DNA from: Candidatus Omnitrophota bacterium
Lineage (GTDB): Bacteria; Omnitrophota; Gorgyraeia; JAHJTE01
DNA length: 64,000 nucleotides
Reading direction: 5' to 3'
Assembly: GCA_018830005.1 (NCBI GenBank)
Contig: JAHJTE010000001.1
Coordinates: 321,332 to 385,331 of the forward strand
The position numbers were made by a program, and so were the translations under genes. Under the pieces are notes generated by a model. That model did no database searches and was not told the origin of the DNA. It saw nothing but the letters and a program-made list of their open reading frames with translations. Shown here piece after piece: positions 19,047 to 29,882 of this stretch. The first letter of the stretch is position 1. The number at the start of each line of letters is the position of its first letter.

Positions 19047-20573
19047 ATGCAGAATCTAATAGAATTACTTAAAGAAACTGCCCAAAAATACCCCAAAAAC
19101 AAAGCAGTCATCTATAAGAATAAGGCTATTCGCTACCGCCAGCTAGTAAGCGAGGTTGTTCGCTTAGGTCTTAGATTATCGCGTTTAAACATTCGCAGGG
19201 GAGACAGGGTAGGCATCTTATTGGGCAATTGCAGCGATTTTGTTATTTCTTATTTTGCCATTCTTAACCGGGAAGCAACGGTTGTGCCTCTGAATCATTT
19301 TTTAAAACCAGAGGAATTAAAGAGGATACTTGAGGATTGCAATTTAAGGTTTTTAATCACAAACAGCAAGTTTTCAAAAACAGTCGAATTTTTAAGAAGA
19401 GAGGCTTCTAGTCTGGAAGACGTCTTATTTGTTGATGCGGATATAACGCAAATCCTTTCCTTTTTAAAGATGCCCTTAAAGAATTTCGGTTTCGCCGGGC
19501 TTAAAAGCATTGCCAAAAGACCTGACGTTGCTGTTATTCTTTATACCTCAGGTACAACTGGCCAGCCTAAGGGAGCAATGCTTACACATGGAAATCTACT
19601 TTTTGATGTGTTTGCCTGTGCTGAGGCGATTGAAGTAAAACAAAGCGATAATTTTATTTGCATGCTGCCTCTTTTTCATTCTTTTCCTTCAACTGTATGC
19701 ATGTTACTTCCTCTTGCTAAAGGGGGGACAATGACAATCTTAGAAGGGGTTAGGCCTTTTTCAAAAGTAATAGAGGCTATACTCAGGCATAGGGTAACGG
19801 CATTCGTTTCTGTGCCTGCTGTTTATAATGTTTTAGTGCATATGCGGATATTAAAGATTTTGACCTTGCCGTTTATTAGTCCTTTGCGGCTTTGTATTTC
19901 CGGGGCTGCTGCTTTACCGGCTGATACATTGAATAAGTTCCAGGAGAAATTCCGCGTTCCGCTCTTGGAAGGGTATGGTTTAACAGAGACCTCACCTGTA
20001 GTCTCCTTGAATTCTTTAAGAGGTGTGAGGGTTTCAGGTTCTATTGGTAAGCCTTTAGAAGGCGTAGAGGTAAAAATCATAGATGAACAAGGAAGGCCAG
20101 TATCAATAGGAGAAGTGGGCGAGTTAGTCGTAAAAGGCGGCAATGTTATGAAGGGATATTTTAACCGCCAGGAGGAAACAGAAGAGGCCCTAAGAGATGG
20201 TTGGCTTCATACAGGGGATCTGGCTAAAATCGATGACAAGGGTTTTATATATATTGTGGATAGAAAGAAAGACATGATTAATGTTCGGGGCTTAAAGGTT
20301 TATCCCAGAGAAGTGGAGGAGATTTTCTTCAGGCATCCGGCTGTTAAAGAGGTAGCTGTTGTTGGATTAAAGGATGAGCATCATGGGGAAATACCCAAGG
20401 CATTTCTGGTATTGAAAGAAAGGCGCAAGGTAACCGAGCAGGAGTTTTTACGTTATCTGCGCAAGAATATAGCAAGCTATAAAGTGCCCCGAAGCATTGA
20501 ATTTAGAGATTCGCTTCCTAAGACCTCAAGTGGTAAGGTTTCTAAGCGGGAGTTGATTGAAGAGTTCACTTGA
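19047..20573 (+). CDS. long-chain fatty acid--CoA ligase (AMP-dependent synthetase)
   Basis: 'YTSGTTGQPKGAMLTH' AMP-binding motif, 508 aa. Confidence 0.8.
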   Translation: MQNLIELLKETAQKYPKNKAVIYKNKAIRYRQLVSEVVRLGLRLSRLNIRRGDRVGILLGNCSDFVISYFAILNREATVVPLNHFLKPEELKRILEDCNLRFLITNSKFSKTVEFLRREASSLEDVLFVDADITQILSFLKMPLKNFGFAGLKSIAKRPDVAVILYTSGTTGQPKGAMLTHGNLLFDVFACAEAIEVKQSDNFICMLPLFHSFPSTVCMLLPLAKGGTMTILEGVRPFSKVIEAILRHRVTAFVSVPAVYNVLVHMRILKILTLPFISPLRLCISGAAALPADTLNKFQEKFRVPLLEGYGLTETSPVVSLNSLRGVRVSGSIGKPLEGVEVKIIDEQGRPVSIGEVGELVVKGGNVMKGYFNRQEETEEALRDGWLHTGDLAKIDDKGFIYIVDRKKDMINVRGLKVYPREVEEIFFRHPAVKEVAVVGLKDEHHGEIPKAFLVLKERRKVTEQEFLRYLRKNIASYKVPRSIEFRDSLPKTSSGKVSKRELIEEFT

Positions 20574-20627
20574 TTCTTTTGGCCCTACCTTCCTAATAAT
20601 GGCTATCTTTCCCTGTTTGGCTTTTCG

Positions 20628-20656
20628 TTGACACGCTATTTTTTCTACTATATAAT
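20628..20656 (+). promoter_or_regulatory. consensus sigma70 promoter for lysS (TTGACA-17 bp-TATAAT)
   Basis: Perfect -35 (20628-20633) and -10 (20651-20656) hexamers with a 17-bp spacer. The -10 ends 8 nt before the lysS ATG (20665), implying a leaderless or near-leaderless transcript. Confidence 0.6.
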
Positions 20657-20664
20657 ATTAAGCT

Positions 20665-22131
20665 ATGATGGAAGAAACTACCCAAGGCAAAGAAAGAAGG
20701 AATAAGATTAAGTTATTAGAAGAGAAGGGGATAGCTCCTTTTGGGGCTAAATTTAAGCGTACATCTGAAATCGCTGATTGCTTAAAGGATCTCACAAAGC
20801 TTAAGAACGTGAATCTGGCCGGAAGAATTATTGCCAAGCGTTTACACGGCAAGGCTAATTTCATGGATATCAAGGATTCAAGCGGAAAAATACAGCTTTA
20901 TATAAGAGAGGATTCTCTAGATGAGATGAGTTTCTGGCTTTTCTCGCAAGTTCTTGATATAGGCGATTTTATTGGAGTAAAGGGAGAGCCTTTTAAGACA
21001 AGAACAGGAGAGCCAACAATAAAGGTCGAAAGCATTACTCTTTTAACCAAGACCTTAAATCCCTTGCCGGAAAAATGGCACGGCCTAAAGGATGTTGAGA
21101 CTCGCTTTCGCCAAAGATATCTAGATTTGCTATCTAATGATAAGGTGAAAGATATATTCTTGAAGCGTTCTAAAATAATTGCAAAGACAAGAGAGTTTTT
21201 CGACTCGCGAGGTTTCCTGGATGTTGAAACGCCAATGATGCAGCCTGTTGCCGGAGGCGCAACAGGAAGGCCATTTAAGACACATCATAATGCCCTGGAT
21301 TTAGATTTATATTTACGTATTGCTCCTGAGTTATATTTAAAACGGCTTATTGTCGCTGGATTAGATAAGGTCTATGAGATTAACAGAAACTTCCGCAATG
21401 AAGGAATATCAACGCGGCATTCTCCTGAATTTACCATGCTTGAGGTCTATACAGCTTATGCAGATTATGAGGATATGATCGTTTTATGCGAAGAGCTGAT
21501 AAGTCATTTAGTAGAGGAAATCTCAGGTACTACCTATATTAGCTATCAGGGCAAAAAAATAGATTTAAAGCGGCCCTGGAAGAGACTGTCGTTTGCAAAG
21601 CTGATGAAAGAAAATTACGATATCAATCCTGATGATCCTCTCAAACAGTGGATTGAGAAGTTAAAGAAGAAGGGCAAAGATTTACCACAGCTAGAGGGGG
21701 CTGCAGTGAATAAACTAAGTCGTTCTCAGATTCTGAATCTGATTACTGATATCTTTGAGCCGGCATCTATTGATAAACCTGTTTTTTTGACAGATTGGTT
21801 TGCTGAAACTTGTCCCTTGGCAAAGAGACAGGCGGATAATCCCCTGCTTGTGGAGCGCTTTGAGTTATTTATTGGAGGATTGGAAATTGCAAATGCCTAC
21901 TCTGAGTTGAATGACCCCATAGAGCAGGAGAGGCGTTTCCAAGAAGAGTTAAAGCAGGATGAAAAAGGCTCGACGCGTCGGCTTGATGAAGATTATATCA
22001 CGGCCTTATCATACGGTATGCCTCCTTGTGGCGGGTTAGGCATAGGCATGGATAGGCTGATAATGCTTTTATCTGATTCTGCATCCATCAGGGAAGTAAT
22101 ACTATTTCCGCTTTTGAAGCCACTTGAGTAA
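20665..22131 (+). CDS. lysS: lysyl-tRNA synthetase (class II)
   Basis: N-terminal OB anticodon-binding domain and class II catalytic core (FRNEG, GGLGIGMDRL motif 3), 488 aa. Confidence 0.9.
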   Translation: MMEETTQGKERRNKIKLLEEKGIAPFGAKFKRTSEIADCLKDLTKLKNVNLAGRIIAKRLHGKANFMDIKDSSGKIQLYIREDSLDEMSFWLFSQVLDIGDFIGVKGEPFKTRTGEPTIKVESITLLTKTLNPLPEKWHGLKDVETRFRQRYLDLLSNDKVKDIFLKRSKIIAKTREFFDSRGFLDVETPMMQPVAGGATGRPFKTHHNALDLDLYLRIAPELYLKRLIVAGLDKVYEINRNFRNEGISTRHSPEFTMLEVYTAYADYEDMIVLCEELISHLVEEISGTTYISYQGKKIDLKRPWKRLSFAKLMKENYDINPDDPLKQWIEKLKKKGKDLPQLEGAAVNKLSRSQILNLITDIFEPASIDKPVFLTDWFAETCPLAKRQADNPLLVERFELFIGGLEIANAYSELNDPIEQERRFQEELKQDEKGSTRRLDEDYITALSYGMPPCGGLGIGMDRLIMLLSDSASIREVILFPLLKPLE

Positions 22132-22133
22132 TT

Positions 22134-23315
22134 ATGAAGACATATCTTTGGATTGCATTAAAGTATTTCCTAAACAGTAATCGCAAGAGGTTTTTCTCGG
22201 TTATGACCCTAGTGTCTGTTTTAGGAGTAGCTATCGGAGTGATGACGCTTATTGTAGTTTTAGGGGTGATGTCTGGTTTTGATAAGGATTTAAAATCCAA
22301 GATTTTAGGCCTTAATTATAATATTACGATTGATAGCAATATAGGAATTTCAGCGGCTGATTCTGTCTTTGAAAAGATCGACTCCCTGGATGAGGTTTCA
22401 GGTTATAGTCCATTCGTAAGCGGACAGGTGCTTTTGGCAACTTACGATCGTTTTAGAGGTGTTCATATTCGGGGTATAGATCTTGTAAAAGAGGCAGGTT
22501 TGAATAATATAGCTTCCTATATCAAGGTTAATCCACCTCGAATTCAAGAAGGCGAATTATTGGTTGGTGAGGAGCTCTTAAAGGGAATGGATTTAGCTCT
22601 GGGTGATGAGGTGGTAGTCCTTTCTCCCATCACAAATAAGCGCTATCCTTTTAGAATCGGCGGAATCTTTAAAAGTGGTTATTATGATTATGATTTGAAT
22701 TTAGTTTTTGCAAATATTAAGGACACCCAAGAGTTATTGTTAATGGATGGTTTTTATTCAGGCATAGGGATTAATTCCCAAGATATTCATAAAACGTCTG
22801 CCTTGAAAGAAAAATTTAAAGATATCCTAGGCCCAGCTTACAGTGTGCGCACCTGGATTGAGCTAAATCGTAATTTTTTTGCAGCTTTAAAGCTTGAGAA
22901 GATTACAATGTTTATAATCTTAACCCTTATTGTTCTCGTGGCTGCCTTTAATATTATTTCTACCTTGAACGTCTTTGTGACTGATAAGACAAAGGATATT
23001 GGTATTTTAAAATCTATCGGCTTAAGCTCTAAAGGCATAAATAGGATTTTTATGCTCGTGGGGATCTTTGTTGGATCTCTGGGCATAGTTAGCGGCCTTG
23101 GCCTAGGTGTTGGTCTGTGTATGTTATTGTCAAAATACCAATTTATTAGATTGCCGCAGGATATCTATTATATTCAATATCTACCTGTGTATCTAAAATT
23201 GACAGAGGTTGCTACAATTGTCTTGGCAGCGTTTCTCATTTGTCTTGTCTCAACTCTATATCCGGCACGCAGAGCTGCCTCACTTGAACCTGTGGAGGCC
23301 TTACGTTACGAATGA
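22134..23315 (+). CDS. lolC: lipoprotein-releasing system permease (FtsX/MacB-type)
   Basis: N-terminal TM segment, MacB-like periplasmic domain, C-terminal FtsX 3-TM bundle. 393 aa, followed by lolD. Confidence 0.75.
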   Translation: MKTYLWIALKYFLNSNRKRFFSVMTLVSVLGVAIGVMTLIVVLGVMSGFDKDLKSKILGLNYNITIDSNIGISAADSVFEKIDSLDEVSGYSPFVSGQVLLATYDRFRGVHIRGIDLVKEAGLNNIASYIKVNPPRIQEGELLVGEELLKGMDLALGDEVVVLSPITNKRYPFRIGGIFKSGYYDYDLNLVFANIKDTQELLLMDGFYSGIGINSQDIHKTSALKEKFKDILGPAYSVRTWIELNRNFFAALKLEKITMFIILTLIVLVAAFNIISTLNVFVTDKTKDIGILKSIGLSSKGINRIFMLVGIFVGSLGIVSGLGLGVGLCMLLSKYQFIRLPQDIYYIQYLPVYLKLTEVATIVLAAFLICLVSTLYPARRAASLEPVEALRYE

Positions 23316-24049
23316 GAAGAGAGGATAGTTTGATTAGTGCCAGCGCGATTATCAAGACATATAAAGAAGGCACAAAACTGTTTCCTGTTTTAAGGGGCAT
23401 TGATATTGATATAGGCGCCTCTGAATTTGTTGTTATTGCTGGGCCATCCGGAGCCGGCAAATCCACATTGCTTCATATCTTAGGAGGCCTTGATTGTCCA
23501 ACTAGCGGCAGGGTGGTTTTAGGCGGTGAAGATATCTATTCCTTGTCTGATGAGAAAAGGGCAAGATTGCGAAACATGAAGATCGGCTTTGTTTTTCAAT
23601 TCTATCACTTATTGGGTGAATTTACTGTCTTAGAAAATGTCTTGTTGCCTCTTTTGATTTCGCAGAATTTTTATAAGGATAATAAGTTGTCTCTAGCATC
23701 AAAGAAGACTATACGCAGTCGCGCTCAAGATGCCTTAGCAATGTTAGGCCTAAAGGATCGTCTTGATTTTTCGCCGGCAAAACTCTCCGGAGGCGAGAAA
23801 CAGCGCGTGGCTATTGCCCGGGCACTTATCAATGATCCGGATATTATCCTTTGCGATGAGCCCACGGGAAATCTTGATTCCCGCTGCGGTGAGGAGATTA
23901 GAGGTATATTGATGCATCTTAATAGAGAAAAAAAGCGCACCATAGTTGTCGTAACGCACCAGCAGGATTTATTTAGTGGTTGCGGCAGACTTATTAATAT
24001 TCGCGATGGATTGATTAGTAAGGAATTAGTGCTACAGGAGGTTAAATGA
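23312..24049 (+). CDS. lolD: lipoprotein-releasing system ATP-binding protein
   Basis: Walker A 'GPSGAGKST' and '[14 protein letters not shown]', 245 aa. Confidence 0.8.
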   Translation: MRREDSLISASAIIKTYKEGTKLFPVLRGIDIDIGASEFVVIAGPSGAGKSTLLHILGGLDCPTSGRVVLGGEDIYSLSDEKRARLRNMKIGFVFQFYHLLGEFTVLENVLLPLLISQNFYKDNKLSLASKKTIRSRAQDALAMLGLKDRLDFSPAKLSGGEKQRVAIARALINDPDIILCDEPTGNLDSRCGEEIRGILMHLNREKKRTIVVVTHQQDLFSGCGRLINIRDGLISKELVLQEVK

Positions 24050-24073
24050 GGACACAAGTAACTTGTCGTCCTC
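24048..24073 (+). promoter_or_regulatory. near-perfect 12-bp palindrome/hairpin at the lolD-ilvE junction
   Basis: GAGGACACAAGT-a-ACTTGT(C)GTCCTC overlaps the lolD stop codon. There is no U-run after it; the next gene's RBS (GGGAGG) follows about 6 nt later. Confidence 0.4.
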
Positions 24074-24092
24074 ATCGAGGGAGGAATAATCT

Positions 24093-24962
24093 ATGAAGGT
24101 ATATTTAAACGGTAAGCTTGTTAATAAAGAAAAGGCAGTTGTTTCCTGCTTTGATCACGGTCTTCTTTATGGTGATGGTGCGTTTGAAGGCATTCGTTCC
24201 TACAAGGGGTTGATTTTTAAATTAGATGAGCATATTGATAGATTATTTGAGACAGCTCATACGCTTATATTATCTATGCCAGTTAGCAAGCAAGGTTTGA
24301 AGGGAGCGATTATTAAGACATTGCGCGCAAACAGATTAAAGGATGCCTATATCCGCGTTGTAGTAACTCGCGGCGTGGGTGATCTAGGGCTTGATCCACG
24401 CAAATGCAAGGGTAAAGAGGCACTTTTTATTATTACTGATAAGATAGCTCTCTATCCAAAACATATTTATGATAAGGGGATGGAGATTATTACTGTTCCT
24501 ACGGTACGCAACCTGCCGGAGGCCTTGAATCCGCAATTAAAGTCATTAAACTATTTAAATAATATCTTGGCAAAGATTGAGGCGATAAATGCTGGTTTTC
24601 AGGAGGCAATAATGCTTGATAGTCTTGGTTATGTTGCTGAATGTACGGGAGATAATATTTTCATAGTGAAGAATAATGAACTTTTTACGCCACCGCAATG
24701 TATGGGAACCTTACGTGGTATCACACGCGATGCGGTTTTAGGTATTGCTAAAAGTTTAGGCATTCCAGCTCATGAGCATGTTATTACTCGGCATGAAGTT
24801 TATATCAGCGATGAATGTTTTTTAACTGGAACAGCTGCAGAGATTGTCCCTGTTGTTAAGGTAGACGGAAGAGTAATCGATAAGGGTAAGCCGGGTAAGA
24901 TTACTAGATTAATAAGCCAGGAATTCAAAGAGCTCACAAAAACAGAGGGAGTGAGATATTGA
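24093..24962 (+). CDS. ilvE: fold-type IV aminotransferase (branched-chain amino acid / D-amino acid aminotransferase)
   Basis: 'FDHGLLYGDGAFEGIR' class IV motif, 289 aa. Confidence 0.75.
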   Translation: MKVYLNGKLVNKEKAVVSCFDHGLLYGDGAFEGIRSYKGLIFKLDEHIDRLFETAHTLILSMPVSKQGLKGAIIKTLRANRLKDAYIRVVVTRGVGDLGLDPRKCKGKEALFIITDKIALYPKHIYDKGMEIITVPTVRNLPEALNPQLKSLNYLNNILAKIEAINAGFQEAIMLDSLGYVAECTGDNIFIVKNNELFTPPQCMGTLRGITRDAVLGIAKSLGIPAHEHVITRHEVYISDECFLTGTAAEIVPVVKVDGRVIDKGKPGKITRLISQEFKELTKTEGVRY

Positions 24963-25006
24963 TAGATACAGATAATCGTAAGATATTCCTGTGACGGAGG
25001 CAAAAA

Positions 25007-25525
25007 ATGCTTTGCGATATATGTGCTAAGAATGAAGCAACAGTACACCTAACAGAGATTGTCAATGAGCAGGTGAAAGAATTGCATCTTTGCGAAACCT
25101 GCGCTCAAACCAAAAGTATGCAGATGGAGCAGCAGTTTGGCCTCTCTGACCTTTTGGCAGGCCTAGCTGATTTTGACAAACCCTTACAGACACAAGATAC
25201 ATTTGGTGTTGAATGTCAGAATTGCCACCTTACTTATAAGGATTTTAAGAAAATCGGCAGACTTGGCTGCAGTGAATGTTATAGCCAGTTTAGAAGATAT
25301 CTAGATTCCCTGCTGAAGCGGATACATGGTTCTAATAAACATATGGGTAAGGCGCCGCTAAAACTTGCTCAAGTCGCAAAGACAAAAAAGCGCACTCTTA
25401 ATCTAGGAGAGCTAAAAGAAGGATTGCGCAAGTCCATAGCCTCAGAGGAATTTGAGGAGGCGGCTCGCCTGCGAGATGCCATCAGGCAGATTGAGGGAAA
25501 ACAGACAGATCCTGATAAGAGGTGA
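25007..25525 (+). CDS. mcsA: McsA-like activator of protein arginine kinase (zinc fingers + UVR domain)
   Basis: Paired CxxC motifs (CDIC...CETC; CQNC...CSEC) and a C-terminal UvrB/C 'EEFEEAARLRDAIRQIE' motif. Sits directly upstream of mcsB. Confidence 0.7.
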   Translation: MLCDICAKNEATVHLTEIVNEQVKELHLCETCAQTKSMQMEQQFGLSDLLAGLADFDKPLQTQDTFGVECQNCHLTYKDFKKIGRLGCSECYSQFRRYLDSLLKRIHGSNKHMGKAPLKLAQVAKTKKRTLNLGELKEGLRKSIASEEFEEAARLRDAIRQIEGKQTDPDKR

Positions 25526-26587
25526 TTGATGAGTATGGTACTTAATGATTTATTAAAGCGCAGAAGTGAGTGGTTAAAAGGAGAAGGACCACTTTCAGAT
25601 ATTGTTATATCAAGCAGGATTCGTCTTGCTAGGAATATTGAAAAATGTCCTTTTCCTCATTGGGGCAGCAAGGAAAAGGAAGAGAATGTCCTTAATATGG
25701 TTTTGGAGGCTGTGAAAAAGATAAGCCAGTTCAAAAATGTATTGTCTTTTAGATTAGTCAATCTGGACAATGTTGATAAACAGTTCCTTATTGAAAGACA
25801 TTTGATGAGTCATGAGTTGGCCTTAAGAAGTAATCATAAGGCGCTTATATTGACCGAAGATGAAGTTGTCTCTTTGATGGTTAACGAGGAGGATCATCTA
25901 AGGCTTCAGGTTATGAAGTCTGGTTTTAATCTGGATGGCGCCTGGAAGATTATCGATGAAATCGATACGGCTTTATCTGAAGAATTAAATTTCGCCTATT
26001 TAGCTGATTTAGGTTATCTGACAGCTTGCCCTACAAATACCGGAACAGGCATGCGTGGTTCTGTGATGTTGCATCTTCCGGCCTTAGTTATGACAAAGCA
26101 GATTAATCGTATATTAGCTGCTGTGGCAAAACTAAGTTTTAATGTGCGCGGTCTTTATGGTGAAGGCACTCAGGCAAGCGGGAATTTCTTTCAGGTTTCC
26201 AATCAGGTTTCCTTGGGGCTCTCTGAAGGGGATATTATCAGTAATATTAAAAGCGTTATCCGTCAGATTGCTGATCAGGAACAGGCAGCGCGTCAAAAGC
26301 TCTTAACACAGCATCTTTCCACGCTCCAGGATAGAGTTTTTCGTGCATTCGGGATTTTAGAGAATGCCCATATAATTTCCAGTAATGAGACAATTGAGCT
26401 CTTATCAATGGTAAGACTTGGACTTGATTTAAAATTGTTAAGAGATATTGATAAGAAATTGCTTAATGAGCTATTGATACTTACTCAGCCTGCTCATCTA
26501 CAGAAGATAAGCGGCAAGAAATTAACCCCAACAGAAAGGGATTCAAAACGCGCCTCTTTGATAAGAGAGAGGTTGATACATAACTAA
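25526..26587 (+). CDS. mcsB: protein arginine kinase (ATP:guanido phosphotransferase)
   Basis: 'CPTNTGTGMR' phosphagen-kinase active-site motif, 353 aa. Confidence 0.85.
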   Translation: MMSMVLNDLLKRRSEWLKGEGPLSDIVISSRIRLARNIEKCPFPHWGSKEKEENVLNMVLEAVKKISQFKNVLSFRLVNLDNVDKQFLIERHLMSHELALRSNHKALILTEDEVVSLMVNEEDHLRLQVMKSGFNLDGAWKIIDEIDTALSEELNFAYLADLGYLTACPTNTGTGMRGSVMLHLPALVMTKQINRILAAVAKLSFNVRGLYGEGTQASGNFFQVSNQVSLGLSEGDIISNIKSVIRQIADQEQAARQKLLTQHLSTLQDRVFRAFGILENAHIISSNETIELLSMVRLGLDLKLLRDIDKKLLNELLILTQPAHLQKISGKKLTPTERDSKRASLIRERLIHN

Positions 26588-26622
26588 ACTGTTTTTTATG
26601 AAATTTAATTTTGGAGGCCAAG

Positions 26623-29034
26623 ATGTTTAATCGTTTTACAGAACGTGCAAGAAAAGTCATTATTTTATCCAAAGAAGAAGCGAGGCGTTTTAACCATGAT
26701 TATATTGGGACTGAACATCTTCTTCTTGGTCTTATCCGGGAAGGCGAAGGAGTTGCTGCCGCTGTATTGCAGAAGTTGGGTTTGAGCCTTGAGACTATCC
26801 GAATTGAAGTAGAGAAGTTGGTTCAACCTGGTCCTACGACCCAAATTTTAGGAGATATTCCTTTTACGCCTCGGGCAAAGAAGTCTTTGGAACTAGCAGC
26901 AGAAGAGGCACGTTCCCTTGGCCATAATTATATTGGCACGGAACATATACTTTTAGGCCTGATCCGTGAGGGAGAAGGCGTAGCAAGTCAGGTATTGATA
27001 AATTTAGGACCTGATTTAAATCGGGTAAGGAATGAGGTTATGGATATTCTAGGTTCTTCTGTGCCTGGGTTTCAGCAGCAGCAGACTAAAGGTAAAACTC
27101 CTGCATTGGATGCCTTTGGTAGAGACTTGGCCCATCTTGCGCGAGAGAATAAACTTGATCCGGTAATTAACAGAAAGAATGAAACTGAACGCGTGATACA
27201 GATTCTAAGTAGACGCACTAAAAATAATCCTGTGTTATTAGGCGAGGCTGGTGTGGGTAAAACTGCAATTGTAGAAGGTCTTGCGCAGCTGATTGTTGCT
27301 GGCAATGTCCCAGAGATATTGAGGAATAAACGCATAGTCATTCTCGATTTAGCCCTGATGGTTGCTGGCACTAAATACCGCGGTCAATTTGAAGAGCGAA
27401 TTAAGGCAGTAATGGATGAGATTAAGCGCTCTAAAGATGTGATAATATTTATCGATGAGTTGCATACGTTGGTAGGCGCAGGTGCAGCTGAAGGGGCTAT
27501 TGATGCCTCTAATATATTAAAGCCTGCACTTTCTCGGGGTGAGATCCAGTGTATCGGCGCAACAACAATGGATGAATACAGAAAACATATTGAGAAAGAT
27601 GCAGCCCTAGAGCGCAGATTTCAGACGATTATCGTTGATCCGCCCAATGTTGAAGAGACTATAGAGATTTTAAAAGGATTGAGAGATAGATATGAAGCGC
27701 ATCACAGAGTAAAATTTAAAGATGAGGCCATAGTAGCAGCTGCCAAGCTTTCGGATAGATACGTTAGCGGAAGATTCTTGCCAGATAAGGCAATTGATTT
27801 AATTGATGAGTCAGGATCGCGCAGTCGTTTAGCGGTTATGACCTTGCCTCCAGAAGTAAAAGAACTAGAGGCTAAAATCGAAGAATTAAAAAAAGAGAAA
27901 GAGGCCTTAATAAAAAGCCAGGATTTTGAGAAGGCTGCCAAATTACGTGACCAAGAAAGAGAGGCCAGGAAGAAATTAGAAGACTTGAATAAGCAATGGT
28001 CTTTAAAGAGGGATCAGCTGAGGCCAGAGGTCGGCGAAGAGGAAATTGCTAAGATCGTGTCTCAGATTACAGGTATTCCTGTTATCCGTCTGGAAGAAAA
28101 GGAATCCGAGAAGCTGATGAAGATCGCAGAGAAAATCAGAAGTCGAGTAATTGGTCAGGAGGAGGCTATTGACGTTATTGCTCGTTCTGTGCGCCGTTCT
28201 CGGGCAGGTATAAAGGATTTTCGTCGGCCAATTGGTTCTTTTATGTTCTTGGGCCCTACTGGCGTAGGGAAAACCCTCTTAGCAAGAGTCTTGACAGAAT
28301 TTATGTTCGGCGACGAAGATGCCCTTATCCAGCTGGATATGTCAGAATATATGGAGAAATTCAATGTCTCACGGCTTGTGGGTGCTCCTCCTGGTTACGT
28401 CGGGTATGAAGAAGGAGGCCAGCTTACAGAAAAGGTCAGGCGTCGTCCTTATGCTGTAATACTTTTAGATGAAATTGAAAAGGCACATCCGGATGTGTTT
28501 AATATCCTATTACAGGTTTTAGAAGATGGGCGTTTGACAGATAGCTTTGGCCGCAAGGTCAGTTTTAGAAACACGATTTTGATTATGACCTCTAATGTGG
28601 GTGCGGATATTTTGCGCCGGCAAGGCTCAATAGGTTTTCGTTCTCAAAAGGCACAGGCCTCATATGATGATATGAAGCAGAAGCTTCTTGATGAGGTGAA
28701 GAAAACCTTCAAGCCGGAATTTCTTAATCGCCTTGACGATATTATAGTTTTTAAGCAGCTTGAGAAAGAAGGTTTGCTAAAAATAGTTGATATTGAAGTA
28801 AACGAGGTTGCCTCAAGATTAAAAGAACAGAATGTGGAAATTAGCCTCGACAATAAGGCAAAGGAGTTATTGGTGGAAAAGGGTTTTGATCCTGTATATG
28901 GTGCAAGGCCCTTAAAGCGTACAATCCAACGATACCTGGAAGATCCGCTTGCGGAAGAGATAATATCCGGTAAGTTTAAAGACGGGGCAAAGCTTAAGGT
29001 TACCCGAGAAAAAGACAAGTTGATTTTTAAATAA
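26623..29034 (+). CDS. clpC: ATP-dependent Clp protease ATP-binding subunit ClpC
   Basis: Two Clp_N repeats, two AAA+ modules (GEAGVGKT; GPTGVGKT) and a UVR-like middle coiled coil. GGAGG lies 5 nt upstream of ATG 26623; the ORF finder began at TTG 26611. Confidence 0.9.
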   Translation: MFNRFTERARKVIILSKEEARRFNHDYIGTEHLLLGLIREGEGVAAAVLQKLGLSLETIRIEVEKLVQPGPTTQILGDIPFTPRAKKSLELAAEEARSLGHNYIGTEHILLGLIREGEGVASQVLINLGPDLNRVRNEVMDILGSSVPGFQQQQTKGKTPALDAFGRDLAHLARENKLDPVINRKNETERVIQILSRRTKNNPVLLGEAGVGKTAIVEGLAQLIVAGNVPEILRNKRIVILDLALMVAGTKYRGQFEERIKAVMDEIKRSKDVIIFIDELHTLVGAGAAEGAIDASNILKPALSRGEIQCIGATTMDEYRKHIEKDAALERRFQTIIVDPPNVEETIEILKGLRDRYEAHHRVKFKDEAIVAAAKLSDRYVSGRFLPDKAIDLIDESGSRSRLAVMTLPPEVKELEAKIEELKKEKEALIKSQDFEKAAKLRDQEREARKKLEDLNKQWSLKRDQLRPEVGEEEIAKIVSQITGIPVIRLEEKESEKLMKIAEKIRSRVIGQEEAIDVIARSVRRSRAGIKDFRRPIGSFMFLGPTGVGKTLLARVLTEFMFGDEDALIQLDMSEYMEKFNVSRLVGAPPGYVGYEEGGQLTEKVRRRPYAVILLDEIEKAHPDVFNILLQVLEDGRLTDSFGRKVSFRNTILIMTSNVGADILRRQGSIGFRSQKAQASYDDMKQKLLDEVKKTFKPEFLNRLDDIIVFKQLEKEGLLKIVDIEVNEVASRLKEQNVEISLDNKAKELLVEKGFDPVYGARPLKRTIQRYLEDPLAEEIISGKFKDGAKLKVTREKDKLIFK

Positions 29035-29076
29035 CTCCCACCCCCTTAGAAAAATTCCCCCTAAGCGGGAAAAGTT

Positions 29077-29844
29077 ATGAGGAGTGCTTTGGATAGATTG
29101 GCTGCATTTTTGAATTACTTCGGCAGGGTAGTAAGTTTGGGCTATCAGACTATTGTTGTTACTTTTACTCTGCCTTTTAATTTTAAGCGCTTTATTTTTC
29201 AGGCAAAACGAATAGGCCTTGACAGTCTGCCAATTGTCTCAGTCGTGGCTTTATTCACAGGCATGATCCTTGCCTTTCAGTCTACATACCTTCTAAAGAA
29301 ACTTTCTTCAGAAATTTATATAGCCAATATTGTCGCACTTTCACTCGTACGTGAATTAGGGCCTGTATTTACTGCCTTAATTGTCGCCGGACGTGTGGGT
29401 GCAGCAATTACTGCAGAGGTTGGTACGATGACAGTAACCGAGCAGGTAGATGCATTGAGAACATTGGCTACTAATCCGATTAAATATCTAGTTGTCCCCC
29501 GTTTCCTGGGCATGGTGATAATGCTGCCTTTGCTTGTGATATACACTAATCTTGTAGGTATAATGGGTGGTTATATCATATGTGTGTATCGTCTGGGCGT
29601 GAGCTCAGCAATGTATATCCAAATGACATTTCAATCTTTGGTCTTAAAGGATTTATACAGCGGATTGATTAAAAGTATGGTTTTCGGAATGCTCATTGCT
29701 CTTATAAGCTGTTATGAAGGCTTAAGGGCAGCCGGAGGCGCAGAAGGTGTAGGTCGTTCAACTACATTAAGTGTTGTTATTTCTTTTATCTTGGTAATTA
29801 CTACTGACTGTATTTTTACTGCGCTGTTTTATTTTATACTCTAG
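29077..29844 (+). CDS. mlaE: phospholipid ABC transporter permease
   Basis: MlaE/Ttg2B family 5-TM permease, 255 aa, followed by mlaF and mlaD. Confidence 0.8.
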   Translation: MRSALDRLAAFLNYFGRVVSLGYQTIVVTFTLPFNFKRFIFQAKRIGLDSLPIVSVVALFTGMILAFQSTYLLKKLSSEIYIANIVALSLVRELGPVFTALIVAGRVGAAITAEVGTMTVTEQVDALRTLATNPIKYLVVPRFLGMVIMLPLLVIYTNLVGIMGGYIICVYRLGVSSAMYIQMTFQSLVLKDLYSGLIKSMVFGMLIALISCYEGLRAAGGAEGVGRSTTLSVVISFILVITTDCIFTALFYFIL

Positions 29845-29882
29845 GCTTAGCAAAGATTACTCAGCCTTATCTAGAGATTATA

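Noticed and set aside
29035-29076. Possible terminator hairpin after clpC (CCCCCTTAG...CTAAGCGGG)
   Set aside because: The stem is imperfect with a bulge and there is no clear U-tract, so it is too weak to call.
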